From assembly GCA_964406665.1 (NCBI GenBank), contig CAYOSQ010000010.1, forward strand, positions 2,870 to 66,869: a stretch of 64,000 bases of DNA, read 5' to 3'. This document shows, piece after piece, positions 29,611 to 39,667 of the stretch; the first letter of the stretch is position 1; each line of letters starts with the position of its first letter. A program made the position numbers and the translations under genes. The notes beneath the pieces were generated by a model. The model was not told the DNA's origin, did no database searches, and saw only the letters and a program-made list of their open reading frames with translations. Source of the stretch: an uncultured Planctomycetia bacterium (lineage in GTDB: Bacteria > Omnitrophota > Gorgyraeia > VGKH01 > JBHPFN01).

Positions 29611-30654
29611 TCAGAAATACCCAGCCCAACGAGGTGTTCTTCCATATATTAAAAAATCAAAGAATATTCTAATTTTTTCTGGTCTTTTTAACATTTTTCT
29701 TATGATAACAAAGTCATTTACTTTCCTAAAAGATTGAACCTTGCGCCTTAAAAACAATGTTTTTTTAAAATTACATATATTCCAAAATACAGCCTTAACC
29801 CCTGAACGAGCAATATCGAACTTACCCATAGCAGCAAAAAATAATAATTCCAGCATCAAAATAACCAGATGTGCTGGAAGTATAAAAAACAAAAAGCCGC
29901 CAGAATAATTCTTAAGTAAAGTTCTTATTGTATTTCTTTCGGAAATATATCTTTTCTGGGCTCTGTTATGTGTTGTGCTTAAAGTCGCACTTACTCTATG
30001 ATAAAGAAATGCTTTAGGCTCAGCAACAACCTTATAGCCCAAAAGATGAACGCGCCAAGATAAATCTGTATCATCAACTAAAGTTAAATAATCAGGATCA
30101 TAGCCTCCAATTATCGAAAGAAGATCTTTTTTAATAAACATTGCTCCACCGAATGAGAAGAAAATATCAGAAAAATGATCGTATTGACCATTATCCCGTT
30201 GATTTATTCCTCTGGAAGCAGGAAATGCAAAAATATCCACGTCCGCACCAACGCTATCGATTTCCTGAATTAATTTATCGTCTTTGATTCTCAACATCTT
30301 TACGGTGCAAATCCCTATATTTTCATCAGACTCACAACGATCAACTAGATGATTTAATATTTCAGGGTCAAACTCCATATCATTACTTACCCAAAAGATG
30401 TATTTCCCTTCCGCTTCCTTAATTGCAACGTTACTACCTTCAGCCGTACCAAGATTTTCCTTATTTTCAATAATCTTAAATTCAGGATAATTCTCTTTCA
30501 CAAACTCTACACTTCCATCTTCTGAGGCATTATCAACAATAATGACCTCATAGTTTGGATAATTCAAAGCCTTCAAAGAAGGTAAGTGTTTCTCTAAAAG
30601 TTTCCTGCCTTTCCAGGTAACATTAACAATTGAAATTAATGGCAATGTTTTCAT
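29611..30654 (-). CDS. Glycosyltransferase family 2
   Basis: IIVDNASEDGS, NLGTAEGSN, WVSND, DDTDLSWR..GY, LYHRVSAT. Confidence 0.9.
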   Translation of the reverse strand: MKTLPLISIVNVTWKGRKLLEKHLPSLKALNYPNYEVIIVDNASEDGSVEFVKENYPEFKIIENKENLGTAEGSNVAIKEAEGKYIFWVSNDMEFDPEILNHLVDRCESDENIGICTVKMLRIKDDKLIQEIDSVGADVDIFAFPASRGINQRDNGQYDHFSDIFFSFGGAMFIKKDLLSIIGGYDPDYLTLVDDTDLSWRVHLLGYKVVAEPKAFLYHRVSATLSTTHNRAQKRYISERNTIRTLLKNYSGGFLFFILPAHLVILMLELLFFAAMGKFDIARSGVKAVFWNICNFKKTLFLRRKVQSFRKVNDFVIIRKMLKRPEKIRIFFDFLIYGRTPRWAGYF

Positions 30655-30656
30655 TC

Positions 30657-32366
30657 TTATCTCTTATTACTAGCTAGAAGATAATTGCTTTCAATTAATG
30701 CTAAACCATCAACAATATACTCATCAAACTCACCAATAAAGAATTTTATTCTAATTTCTTTAGGCTCTTCATCTAACAGAAGAGGCAATGCAACAAAATA
30801 ATATGAATTTTCAGGAAATAAAAAAATAGTCTGGCTATAAATTTCATTATCAATATAAATAACTATTTTGCTACGATCGTCAGTTTTTTTAGAAAGAAAC
30901 TTAACCCAAGCTCCCAGGATAAATTGCCTACCAACAATATTATGATTTTTCTTAGTAGAAATCATAAAATCTATAATAGTTTCTCCAGAACTATTTGTTA
31001 TTTTATTATGAATAAATCGATTAACAAGTTCATTGAACGAGGAGGCATCTTTTTTTCGAAAAGGTCCAGATGATGAAGGTGCTTCCGATACAAGTAAAGA
31101 TACTACAGATTCTACACCTGACTCAACATAATCTAACTCCCACTGCTTAAGAAGATTTTCTGAATTTTGTAACGGAAGAAAAATATCCTGCATATATTTA
31201 AATGACTGCTTTTTATTCAATAAGAGATCATCATGCTTCATCAAGTTTTTCGCAACAATTTCACCAACAAGCTCATTTCCTAAAGCAGAAAGAAGATAAT
31301 CTCCTGAAACATAAAGCCGCTGAGCAAAATTCTCACTGAAACCAGTTATCTTATCAAATTCTTCAACTAAATTAATAATATTTAATTCAAGTGGCTGAAG
31401 CTCTTCAATCATCCAATTATTAAGGTTATACTTAAACATGCTGGAATAATTGATAACAATAGAAGGAATCGCCATTACTAAAAAATTAGCGTTTCCTTGC
31501 TCGCAAAGTTCTCTAATCTTTACTACATGTTCAGTAAATAATTGGGAAGCTTTACGTATCTTATCATATTTTTCTAATTCCTTTCGATCAATATAATACG
31601 CATCCCAAGGATGAATGAGATCAGACATTCTTTGCATCTCTTCATTAGTTTTTTGTTTATCATGTGAATACTGACTCGCACTCACCTTTTCCAACAAAAG
31701 TGCAATCCTAACCCTAACAAATTTGTAAAATTGACTTAAACGAAAAAGCATAAAGTCTATATCTTGTAAACAATTAGTCTCTTCTGTATAGCGCTTAACT
31801 AAATAACCACCCATTACTTGATGCTTTTCGAGGATAAAACGATAGTTATCAACTAAATCGTTTTCCAAATAAACTTGTAAAATGACAAAATCTGGATTAA
31901 ATTGCTTTAGATATTTGTCAAAAATTAAATATTCTTGAACAGTTCCATAACCTGGAACGCCACCGTTATAAACTTCAAAAGTTAAATCTGCTTCATCATA
32001 AAGGCTATTTAATTTTTCCTTCAAGATAGCCGAATAAGTATCTTCTATTGAGCAACCTGCTCCAAAAGTAAAAGAATCTCCCAAAGAAACAATGCGCATA
32101 ACATTTTCTTTTTTCTTCTGATAAAAAGGAGCATCTGCTCTAAAACCTTGAGCATTGGTAGCATAGCGAATAACATCAATTTTTTCAAAATTGCTCTTCA
32201 GGCGCCAACGAAGATCGACATCATTTTGATAAAAATCGTTTATCAAAATTTTGTCAGGAATAACTGAAATATCGAATACTCTAAAAAATACCTCACAGAT
32301 AATAAAAGTCACGCTGACAGCTAGAATAATTGCAATTATCGAAAAAAGAAAATTCTTTCTATTCAT
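30657..32366 (-). CDS. Membrane-anchored SGNH/GDSL-family protein (O-acyltransferase/esterase-like; block V His appears missing)
   Basis: N-terminal TM; TNAQGFR, LGDSFTFG, NGGVPGYGT, YLEND; block V reads GDYLLSALGN. Confidence 0.8.
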   Translation of the reverse strand: MNRKNFLFSIIAIILAVSVTFIICEVFFRVFDISVIPDKILINDFYQNDVDLRWRLKSNFEKIDVIRYATNAQGFRADAPFYQKKKENVMRIVSLGDSFTFGAGCSIEDTYSAILKEKLNSLYDEADLTFEVYNGGVPGYGTVQEYLIFDKYLKQFNPDFVILQVYLENDLVDNYRFILEKHQVMGGYLVKRYTEETNCLQDIDFMLFRLSQFYKFVRVRIALLLEKVSASQYSHDKQKTNEEMQRMSDLIHPWDAYYIDRKELEKYDKIRKASQLFTEHVVKIRELCEQGNANFLVMAIPSIVINYSSMFKYNLNNWMIEELQPLELNIINLVEEFDKITGFSENFAQRLYVSGDYLLSALGNELVGEIVAKNLMKHDDLLLNKKQSFKYMQDIFLPLQNSENLLKQWELDYVESGVESVVSLLVSEAPSSSGPFRKKDASSFNELVNRFIHNKITNSSGETIIDFMISTKKNHNIVGRQFILGAWVKFLSKKTDDRSKIVIYIDNEIYSQTIFLFPENSYYFVALPLLLDEEPKEIRIKFFIGEFDEYIVDGLALIESNYLLASNKR

Positions 32367-32370
32367 AGAA

Positions 32371-33783
32371 TTAAGCGTTATCTTTCTTTGCTAAATCTAC
32401 TAAATTATTTTTGAAGAAAATTGAAATAAATTTGTTAAGTGCAAATTTGATCATATTAAAGGAACTAAGATATCTTAATAAGGTTTTTGGTCTTAAATAA
32501 CATCTTAGAATGGCTGATTTTCTGATTCGCTCTAATTCTCCGATAGTTATTCCTTCAGGAGCATAAGTTACCTTATTCTGAGCCAAAACAGTGAAATCAA
32601 AATCCTCTGGCAATTCATTATTCTCCATAAGCAATTTTGTTGCTTCTGTTCCCGGCAAAGGCTGAAACGCAGTAAAACTAGCCTCGGTTATGGGAAGACT
32701 CAATGCAAGCTTGATAGTTTTTTCCATCTCTTTTTTTGTTTCTGTTGGATAACCTAATATGAAATATCCCGTAGGCTCAAAACCCATCTTCTTCATTAAG
32801 TTAACTTTTTCCCAAATCATCTTTAAATTAGTATTTTTTTTCATTAGCTTCAGCATGCGCTCAGAACCAGATTCAATTCCTAAAACAATAGTCTTTTCAA
32901 AGTTACTTTCTGCCATTGTCGTTAGCAATTCTTCATCAATAATATCTAACCTCATGCCTACTCCCATAGAAAATAAGGCTTTGATATTTTCTTGTTTTAC
33001 TCTTTTGCAGAACTCCATGATGAACTGCTTAGTAACGCCAAAACCTTCATCTTCGATAATGAATCTTTTAACATCATAATCTTTCTGTAAAATACATAAC
33101 TCTTGAAAAATGTGATCCATGCTTCTACGCCTTAGGTTCTGCCCGGATGTAACTTTGGCAGCACAAAAAGTACAAGGACAAGGGCAACCTCTGGAGAAAA
33201 ATACCGGCACACTATGTTGACCCACGCTTAGAAACTTAAAATACTCTTTCGGGTTTATTAAATCCCATGCCGGGAAACCATATTCATCAACATTCTTGGC
33301 AAAATAAGGAGGATTGCAGATTTCATCAACTCCTTCTTTATAAATTAAACCAGGAATATCTCTTAGATTACTTTTCTTCTTGTCAATACTATCTACCAGC
33401 ATCCTTAAAGGAACCTCTCCCTCACCTCTTATGGCAAAATCAATATTCTTGAAATAATCATAAATTCTACCTGGCAAAGAAGAAACATGTGGCCCACCCA
33501 AAATTATTATTTTCTCGGGCATTTTATCTTTTATTAGATCTATCATTTTCTTCACAAACGGAACAGAAATCGAAAACAGATTAAATGCAACAACATCCGC
33601 AGATGATTTTTCAACGTTGTCTAAAAATCCATCATAATTAAAATTATCTTTCAGGCAATCCAATATCTCCACCGAATGATTACTCTTTCTAAGTGAAGTA
33701 GCTAAATACCCCAACCCTACAGGAGGATAAGAATCTCCGTATAATCCCGGTTCTTTAAACGGCTGTACCAATAAAATTTTCAT
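32371..33783 (-). CDS. Cobalamin-binding-domain radical SAM protein
   Basis: PPVGLGYLA, GGPHVS, GEGE, SRGCPCPCTFC, LGIESG, PLPGT. Confidence 0.92.
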   Translation of the reverse strand: MKILLVQPFKEPGLYGDSYPPVGLGYLATSLRKSNHSVEILDCLKDNFNYDGFLDNVEKSSADVVAFNLFSISVPFVKKMIDLIKDKMPEKIIILGGPHVSSLPGRIYDYFKNIDFAIRGEGEVPLRMLVDSIDKKKSNLRDIPGLIYKEGVDEICNPPYFAKNVDEYGFPAWDLINPKEYFKFLSVGQHSVPVFFSRGCPCPCTFCAAKVTSGQNLRRRSMDHIFQELCILQKDYDVKRFIIEDEGFGVTKQFIMEFCKRVKQENIKALFSMGVGMRLDIIDEELLTTMAESNFEKTIVLGIESGSERMLKLMKKNTNLKMIWEKVNLMKKMGFEPTGYFILGYPTETKKEMEKTIKLALSLPITEASFTAFQPLPGTEATKLLMENNELPEDFDFTVLAQNKVTYAPEGITIGELERIRKSAILRCYLRPKTLLRYLSSFNMIKFALNKFISIFFKNNLVDLAKKDNA

Positions 33784-33784
33784 A

Positions 33785-34441
33785 CTATTTACCTAATTCT
33801 ACTTTAGAGGCAACCACCATCTGCCCCCGAGGAATAAACCCAAAGTATGTCCTGTTTTTCTGATAATCAATTACTTCAAAACCTTTTTGTTTAAGAATAT
33901 CTGCAAGATTCTTTCTTGTAAAATACCTTATATGAGGAGAAGCAGGATAAAAATAATCGTCCAGAGCCTTAAGAGCAATTAAAATTGTTTTAATGCGTGT
34001 TAATTCTGATGTAGCAATTAACATATTGCCTCCGGGCTTCAGTACCCTGTTAATTTCCATAAGAATTAACTCTACATCTAATACATGCTCAAGGACATCT
34101 ACAACTGAAACAGTATCAAAAGAATTATCTTCAAACGGAAGCAAGCAAGCACTCTTTAATTCATGAAACTCCAAGTTAGGATAATTGTTTTTTGCCTTTT
34201 CTATGGCAACTTGAGAAACATCTATCCCAGCACCAGAATCAATATAATCATTAACCATATGCAAAAACTGGCCGTCTCCACATCCAAAATCCAACAGGCG
34301 GCCGCTAATGTATGGCTTAAAAAACTTCAAATGGTAATCGAAATTCTCCTGTGTCCACTCACCAGGTAAAACATCAAAAGGATTTACCTTTATGTGTTCA
34401 TCCCGCCAATACCTATTGTAAAATGATTTTGCCTGACCCAT
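33785..34441 (-). CDS. Class I SAM-dependent methyltransferase
   Basis: LLDFGCGDG, GIDVS, LPFEDNSFD, DVLEHV, RVLKPGG, PHIRYFT. Confidence 0.9.
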   Translation of the reverse strand: MGQAKSFYNRYWRDEHIKVNPFDVLPGEWTQENFDYHLKFFKPYISGRLLDFGCGDGQFLHMVNDYIDSGAGIDVSQVAIEKAKNNYPNLEFHELKSACLLPFEDNSFDTVSVVDVLEHVLDVELILMEINRVLKPGGNMLIATSELTRIKTILIALKALDDYFYPASPHIRYFTRKNLADILKQKGFEVIDYQKNRTYFGFIPRGQMVVASKVELGK

Positions 34442-34448
34442 GATGCTA

Positions 34449-35420
34449 TCAACTCACTTTCACAGAACCTACTTTTTCATTTATCCATTCATAAGTCCTT
34501 TTTAGTCCTTCTTCAAGGCTTATGCTTGGCTCCCATTTTAAGACTTCTCTTAATTTTGTATTATCGCTATTTCTCCCCCTTACACCTTGAGGCTTGGAAA
34601 GATCATGCTGCTTAGAAATCTTTTTCCCGGCAGCAGCAGCTACAATATCAACCAGCTCATCTATGCTAATAAGCCTATCCTGTCCAAGGTTAAGAGGTTT
34701 AAAATAGTCTGAATTCATTAATCTATAAATACCTTCAACACAATCATCAATATAGCAGTATGAACGAGTTTGCTTTCCGTCCCCCCAAACTTCGATTTCA
34801 TCTTCATTCTTTGCCAAGGCTATCTTTCTACAAATTGCGGCCGGTGACTTTTCTCTTCCTCCCTCGTAAGTTCCTAAAGGCCCAAAAATATTATGAAAAC
34901 GCACAATGTGAGTTTTTAAATCGTGATCTTCGGTAAAATACTGACAGGCTAATTCAGAAAAAAGCTTCTCCCAACCGTAACCTGGCTCTGCATCTGCTGG
35001 ATAAGCATCTTCTTCTTTGAGTCTTTTTACATTTGCATCTTTCTGCAAATATTGAGGGTATATGCAAGCTGAACTTGTATATAAATAGTTTTTGATTTTA
35101 TTCTCCTTAGCTGCTTCAAGCATATGCAAATTTATTAAGGCATTGTTTCTTAAAACAACGGCGTGGGATGAGGTGATATAACCGATGCCGCCCATATCAG
35201 CAGCCAATTGATAAACTTCTTCTACTCCCTGGCATGCCTTCATGCAATTTTCAAACTCTCTTAAATCCAATATTTGAAAATCGTCTGCAGCTGTTTCCTC
35301 AAATTCAGGATTTTTCAAATCTACTCCCCTAACCCAAAAACCCTTATCTTTCAAATATTTTACAAGATGATGACCTATAAAACCACCAGCTCCGGCAACT
35401 AAAACTTTTTTACCTTTCAT
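34449..35420 (-). CDS. GDP-mannose 3,5-epimerase-like extended SDR
   Basis: [72 protein letters not shown], all characteristic of the GME subfamily. Confidence 0.88.
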   Translation of the reverse strand: MKGKKVLVAGAGGFIGHHLVKYLKDKGFWVRGVDLKNPEFEETAADDFQILDLREFENCMKACQGVEEVYQLAADMGGIGYITSSHAVVLRNNALINLHMLEAAKENKIKNYLYTSSACIYPQYLQKDANVKRLKEEDAYPADAEPGYGWEKLFSELACQYFTEDHDLKTHIVRFHNIFGPLGTYEGGREKSPAAICRKIALAKNEDEIEVWGDGKQTRSYCYIDDCVEGIYRLMNSDYFKPLNLGQDRLISIDELVDIVAAAAGKKISKQHDLSKPQGVRGRNSDNTKLREVLKWEPSISLEEGLKRTYEWINEKVGSVKVS

Positions 35421-35432
35421 AAATCTTCTCCT

Positions 35433-36767
35433 TTACGCACAAATGCCTTTTCCAATGAACTGTATTTTTGCCTTAATATTTTTATCTTTTAAAATACCCC
35501 AGCAATCCAAAATGCTGGCACTGTTTTTTAATTCGCTATCTTTGATATCCTTAAATTCTCCCCAAGGAGTTGCAACTACCACAATGTCTGCATCTTTAAT
35601 ACATTCTCTTCTACTATTTGCATATGTTACGCCGTCTCCAAATACTCCTCTTGCAAAATCCTGAGCTTGGGGATCATAGACTGCAACTTTATAGCCTTGG
35701 TTAATCAACAATTCTACAATATCTATAGCCTGTGAATCTTCGATTATATGCGTGTTGGGTTTATATGAAAGACCTAATACACCAACACATATATCAGACT
35801 TTACTTTTTTTGATTTATTAGATAGGGCATTTATAATTTTCTCGATTCTAACAACCTGATCCCTATTAACCTCATCAACCATCTCAGCTAACTTTGCCTT
35901 TTGATCTACTTTCCTGGCGAATGCAGCGAAGGCAACGTTATCCCTAGGAAAACACGGGCCCCCATAACCTAAACCAGGTTTTAAATACTTCCTCCCTATA
36001 CGAGAATCTAAACCAATTCCACTAGTAATAGTTTCTGCATCAGCACCGGGAACTTTTTCACAAACAGCTGCTAAAGAATTAGCATAGGTTATTTTCATAG
36101 TAACATAGCAATTAAGAGAAATTTTAGCTATTTCAGCGCTGACGGCATTCATTCTCGCAAAACTTGGCTCATTTTCGCATGAGTTATTATAAATTGACTC
36201 TAGCATCTCTCCGTCTTTTTTATTCATCTCTCCAATCAAAATAAAATCAGGATTAAGGAAATCATGGATCACGCTGCCTAAAGCAATAAACTCCGGATTG
36301 TAAGCTAAACCAAAATCCTTCCCACACTTCTTCCCAGAAGATTCTTCCAAAATAAATTTAGCTACATGCTCTGTAGTCCCAGGCATGACCGTTGACGTAA
36401 TTACAACTAAATGATAAGTATTTTTTTCTTTTAAAACAGGGCCTATCTGCCTCAGCGATTCTTCAAGCTGCTGATTAGAAAAAGATCCATCAGCCTCTGA
36501 AGGAGTGGCAACAACGATAAAAGTTGCGTCTGTTTTGAGAATCGCATCTTCATAGTCAGTAGTTGCAGTGATATTTTTCTTATTATCTTTTAGATATTTT
36601 GATAAATCGGTTTCATTAATTGGATTATTTCCGCTATTTATCAAATCAACATGATTTTTGTTAATGTCTACACCAATAACTTTGTTTTTCTTTGCAAAGC
36701 AAGCTACCATACATAATCCTAACTTGCCTAGCCCAACTACCGAAATACCATTTTTCAAATCCTTCAT
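35433..36767 (-). CDS. NDP-sugar 6-dehydrogenase (UDP-glucose/GDP-mannose dehydrogenase family)
   Basis: VGLGKLG, VATPS, STVMPGT, YNPEFIALG, GYGGPCFPRD, GLSYKPNT. Confidence 0.9.
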   Translation of the reverse strand: MKDLKNGISVVGLGKLGLCMVACFAKKNKVIGVDINKNHVDLINSGNNPINETDLSKYLKDNKKNITATTDYEDAILKTDATFIVVATPSEADGSFSNQQLEESLRQIGPVLKEKNTYHLVVITSTVMPGTTEHVAKFILEESSGKKCGKDFGLAYNPEFIALGSVIHDFLNPDFILIGEMNKKDGEMLESIYNNSCENEPSFARMNAVSAEIAKISLNCYVTMKITYANSLAAVCEKVPGADAETITSGIGLDSRIGRKYLKPGLGYGGPCFPRDNVAFAAFARKVDQKAKLAEMVDEVNRDQVVRIEKIINALSNKSKKVKSDICVGVLGLSYKPNTHIIEDSQAIDIVELLINQGYKVAVYDPQAQDFARGVFGDGVTYANSRRECIKDADIVVVATPWGEFKDIKDSELKNSASILDCWGILKDKNIKAKIQFIGKGICA

Positions 36768-36845
36768 CTTTTCTCCTTAAATATTCTTCTAACGAACTTT
36801 TTTATCTATGGATATTGAGGCTTCTATCATTTCTATAAATAAAAA

Positions 36846-38021
36846 TTACCTAACATATCGCTCTAATATATCCTTAAGTCTTTGAGCATAGCTATGCCAA
36901 GAATATTTTTTGGCAACTTCCCATGCCCTCTTCCCCATAGAAGAAGATCTACCTAAATCATCAAATATCATTTTCGCGTACTTAATAAATTCATTGGCAT
37001 TGCTTTCTTTAGGAAAGTATCCATGAACACCATGTTCAAATAAATCAGCAACACCTGAACCCTCTGGTATCATCACCGGACAACCACATGAAGCCGCCTC
37101 TAGTGTCTGCATTCCGAATCCTTCATGAACAGGATGAATATGAAGCATAGCAGTAGAACAAAGACTATGAATCATCTCTTCATCCAGAGGTCCGAGTAAA
37201 TTAACTCTATTTTGCAAACCTCTTTTTTCAACCTGTAAAACAAATTCGTCATAAAGCGACTTCGGGTGCCAAAAACCACCGATGGTTAAAAAGACATCAT
37301 CTTTTTCTATCCCTTCAAGAATATCTAAGAAAATATTAGGAATATTGCCTATATCCCAACGGTCGTAAGTTAAAATCATTCTTTTTCTAGAAGAAAAATC
37401 CGGCAGATTCTCACTGGGAAAACAACCAGTTGGTAAAACCTCTATCGGCTTGTTTGTAATTTTTTTCAGATAATCATGATGAAACTTACCACTGGTGACT
37501 ATCGCTTCACATTCTTTAAATGCAAAATTATCCAACCAGCGAGATGCCCTATAAAGTAAAGGATATTTCCAAGCAAACCTTTCTTTATAAATCTTTCTGG
37601 CAGTATACGTAGACGGATCCCAAATCAAAGTTAAAAAAGGAAGAGAAAAATGTTTTTTTAAGTTCCTAGCAACAAAAGTGCTGTATTGACAATTTGCAAT
37701 AAGAATATCAAATTCTCCTGGGTTAAAACTTCGGTGGGAATAGAAAAAACTTGCCACATGATGCAAAGAAAAAAAAGACATTCCGGGAAACTTAAAATTA
37801 AATTTTTTAAAAAGCCAAGGATATTTTGGAAAAAGATATCGAATCTTTGTTCCGCCTAAATGAAAATCGTAAAATTCTTTGTGCTTCTGCCAATGATCTT
37901 TTTCAATCATAACAATGGCTTCAGCATCAACTCCAATTTTCGCCAACTCCTTAATTGGCCACCCAATCAACTTTGGAGTGCTCCCTGGTGCTAATTCATC
38001 TATAATTAATCCAACCTTCAT
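36846..38021 (-). CDS. Glycosyltransferase family 4
   Basis: HEGFGMQTLEAASCGCPV (E-x7-E motif), YSW at the C-terminus. Confidence 0.88.
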   Translation of the reverse strand: MKVGLIIDELAPGSTPKLIGWPIKELAKIGVDAEAIVMIEKDHWQKHKEFYDFHLGGTKIRYLFPKYPWLFKKFNFKFPGMSFFSLHHVASFFYSHRSFNPGEFDILIANCQYSTFVARNLKKHFSLPFLTLIWDPSTYTARKIYKERFAWKYPLLYRASRWLDNFAFKECEAIVTSGKFHHDYLKKITNKPIEVLPTGCFPSENLPDFSSRKRMILTYDRWDIGNIPNIFLDILEGIEKDDVFLTIGGFWHPKSLYDEFVLQVEKRGLQNRVNLLGPLDEEMIHSLCSTAMLHIHPVHEGFGMQTLEAASCGCPVMIPEGSGVADLFEHGVHGYFPKESNANEFIKYAKMIFDDLGRSSSMGKRAWEVAKKYSWHSYAQRLKDILERYVR

Positions 38022-38042
38022 AAATTTATTTTCAAAAACCTT

Positions 38043-39659
38043 TCACTTTTTTGTTAAATAAAACGGTCCAATACCCATAACGTCAATTCCTGTAGAGTAA
38101 AAATTCTCAATAGCCTGCCTAGGAGAACACGCAATAGGCTGACCCATAACGTTGAGCGAAGTATTAAGCACCATAGGAACCCCTGTAATTTTTTTAAACT
38201 CAGAAATCAATTTATGATATTTAGAATTGGCATTTTTATTAACTGTTTGAACTCTAGCAGTACCATTAACATGAGTTATCGCAGGTACAACTGAAGCTTT
38301 ATCTTCTTTAACCTTAAAAGTAACCGTCATATATGGGGAACTGCTGATATTCTCAAAAAAGTCTCCAGCATCCTCTTCAAGAACTGAAGGAGCAAATGGC
38401 CTAAAAGATTCTCTGAATTTTACCAATCTATTTATAGTTGCGGTCATATCCTTTCTTCTGCAATCAGCTAAAATACTTCTGTTTCCTAATGCTCTAGGAC
38501 CAAACTCCATCCTTCCTTGAAACCAACCAGCAATTTTTCCATTCGAAATATCTTTTGCGATACACTGCTCTAAATTTTTTGGCCTTGAATACTTAGCACG
38601 GCAACTATCTAAGATTTTCTTGATATCATCAATATTATATTCTGGCCCTAGATAAGGATTTTCTAATCTCTGGATATTATCTTTTTGCTTAATGCTTTGC
38701 AACAAGCAGCAACCTACAGAAAGACCAGCATCTGAAACATTTGGCGGGACAAAAAGGTTTTCCACCAAACCAGATTCTTTGATTTTATGATTCATTGAAC
38801 AGTTTAAAGAAACCCCACCAGCAAGACACAAATTTCGAGATCCAGTTTTCTTAACCAATTTCTCAATCAAATGCAAAACTATATCTTCAAGTAACTTTTG
38901 TCCACTTGCTGCTACATCTTTATAGTAATCTGTTATTTCTTCATCCGATAAACGTCCTGGATTAAGCAAAGATAAGTTTTTGCTATAAATCCTCTCCTGC
39001 TTTGAAGGCGCAGGCATATTAGGAGAAACAGCAGATTTCAAGTAATCTTGATTTAATTTATAGACTTCACCATCTTTTGACAGAACTTTGCTAAGATCAT
39101 ATTTAGGCTTTCCATAAGCAGCAAGCCCCATTACTTTATATTCATCATTATCTTTCTGGAATCCCAAATACTGAGTTAGCATAGAATAAAATATACCTAA
39201 AGAATTTGGTTTAGCTATTCTATAAATTTCCTCAATAGCGCTATTTTGACCAACAGAAGCAGTAGTGCTTACTCTATCACCAGAAAAATCCATAGTTAAT
39301 ATTATAGATTTATTTAATCCAGAAAGGTAAAAAGTTGAGGCGGCATGAGCAGAATGATGATCAACTAGAACTATTTTAGGAGAATATCCAAAAGTAAAAT
39401 CAAAATAATCTTTTAAGATCTTTTCAAAATTTTTGTATGTTGCTCCAGCAAAAGAAACACTTTCCACATCCTTTATTTCAATACCGGCAAATTTGAGGCA
39501 AAATTTAATTGCATTCTTAGGAAGCAAACCAGAGGCATGCTTAATCCTAAGAAATCTTTCTTCTTCTGCCGCTGCTACAACAATCCCGTCTTTTATCAAT
39601 GCCGCAGCACCGTCCTGATTTCCCGACATCACTCCTCCGCTAATTCCTAAAAAATACAT
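38043..39659 (-). CDS. O-carbamoyltransferase (NodU/CmcH/TobZ family)
   Basis: AAEEERF.R.KH, HHSAHAAS, EYKVMGLAAYG, AGGVSLN, GRMEFGPRALGNRS, KFRESFRPFAP, HVNGTARVQTV, LNTSLN. Confidence 0.95.
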   Translation of the reverse strand: MYFLGISGGVMSGNQDGAAALIKDGIVVAAAEEERFLRIKHASGLLPKNAIKFCLKFAGIEIKDVESVSFAGATYKNFEKILKDYFDFTFGYSPKIVLVDHHSAHAASTFYLSGLNKSIILTMDFSGDRVSTTASVGQNSAIEEIYRIAKPNSLGIFYSMLTQYLGFQKDNDEYKVMGLAAYGKPKYDLSKVLSKDGEVYKLNQDYLKSAVSPNMPAPSKQERIYSKNLSLLNPGRLSDEEITDYYKDVAASGQKLLEDIVLHLIEKLVKKTGSRNLCLAGGVSLNCSMNHKIKESGLVENLFVPPNVSDAGLSVGCCLLQSIKQKDNIQRLENPYLGPEYNIDDIKKILDSCRAKYSRPKNLEQCIAKDISNGKIAGWFQGRMEFGPRALGNRSILADCRRKDMTATINRLVKFRESFRPFAPSVLEEDAGDFFENISSSPYMTVTFKVKEDKASVVPAITHVNGTARVQTVNKNANSKYHKLISEFKKITGVPMVLNTSLNVMGQPIACSPRQAIENFYSTGIDVMGIGPFYLTKK

Positions 39660-39667
39660 ACTATCTC

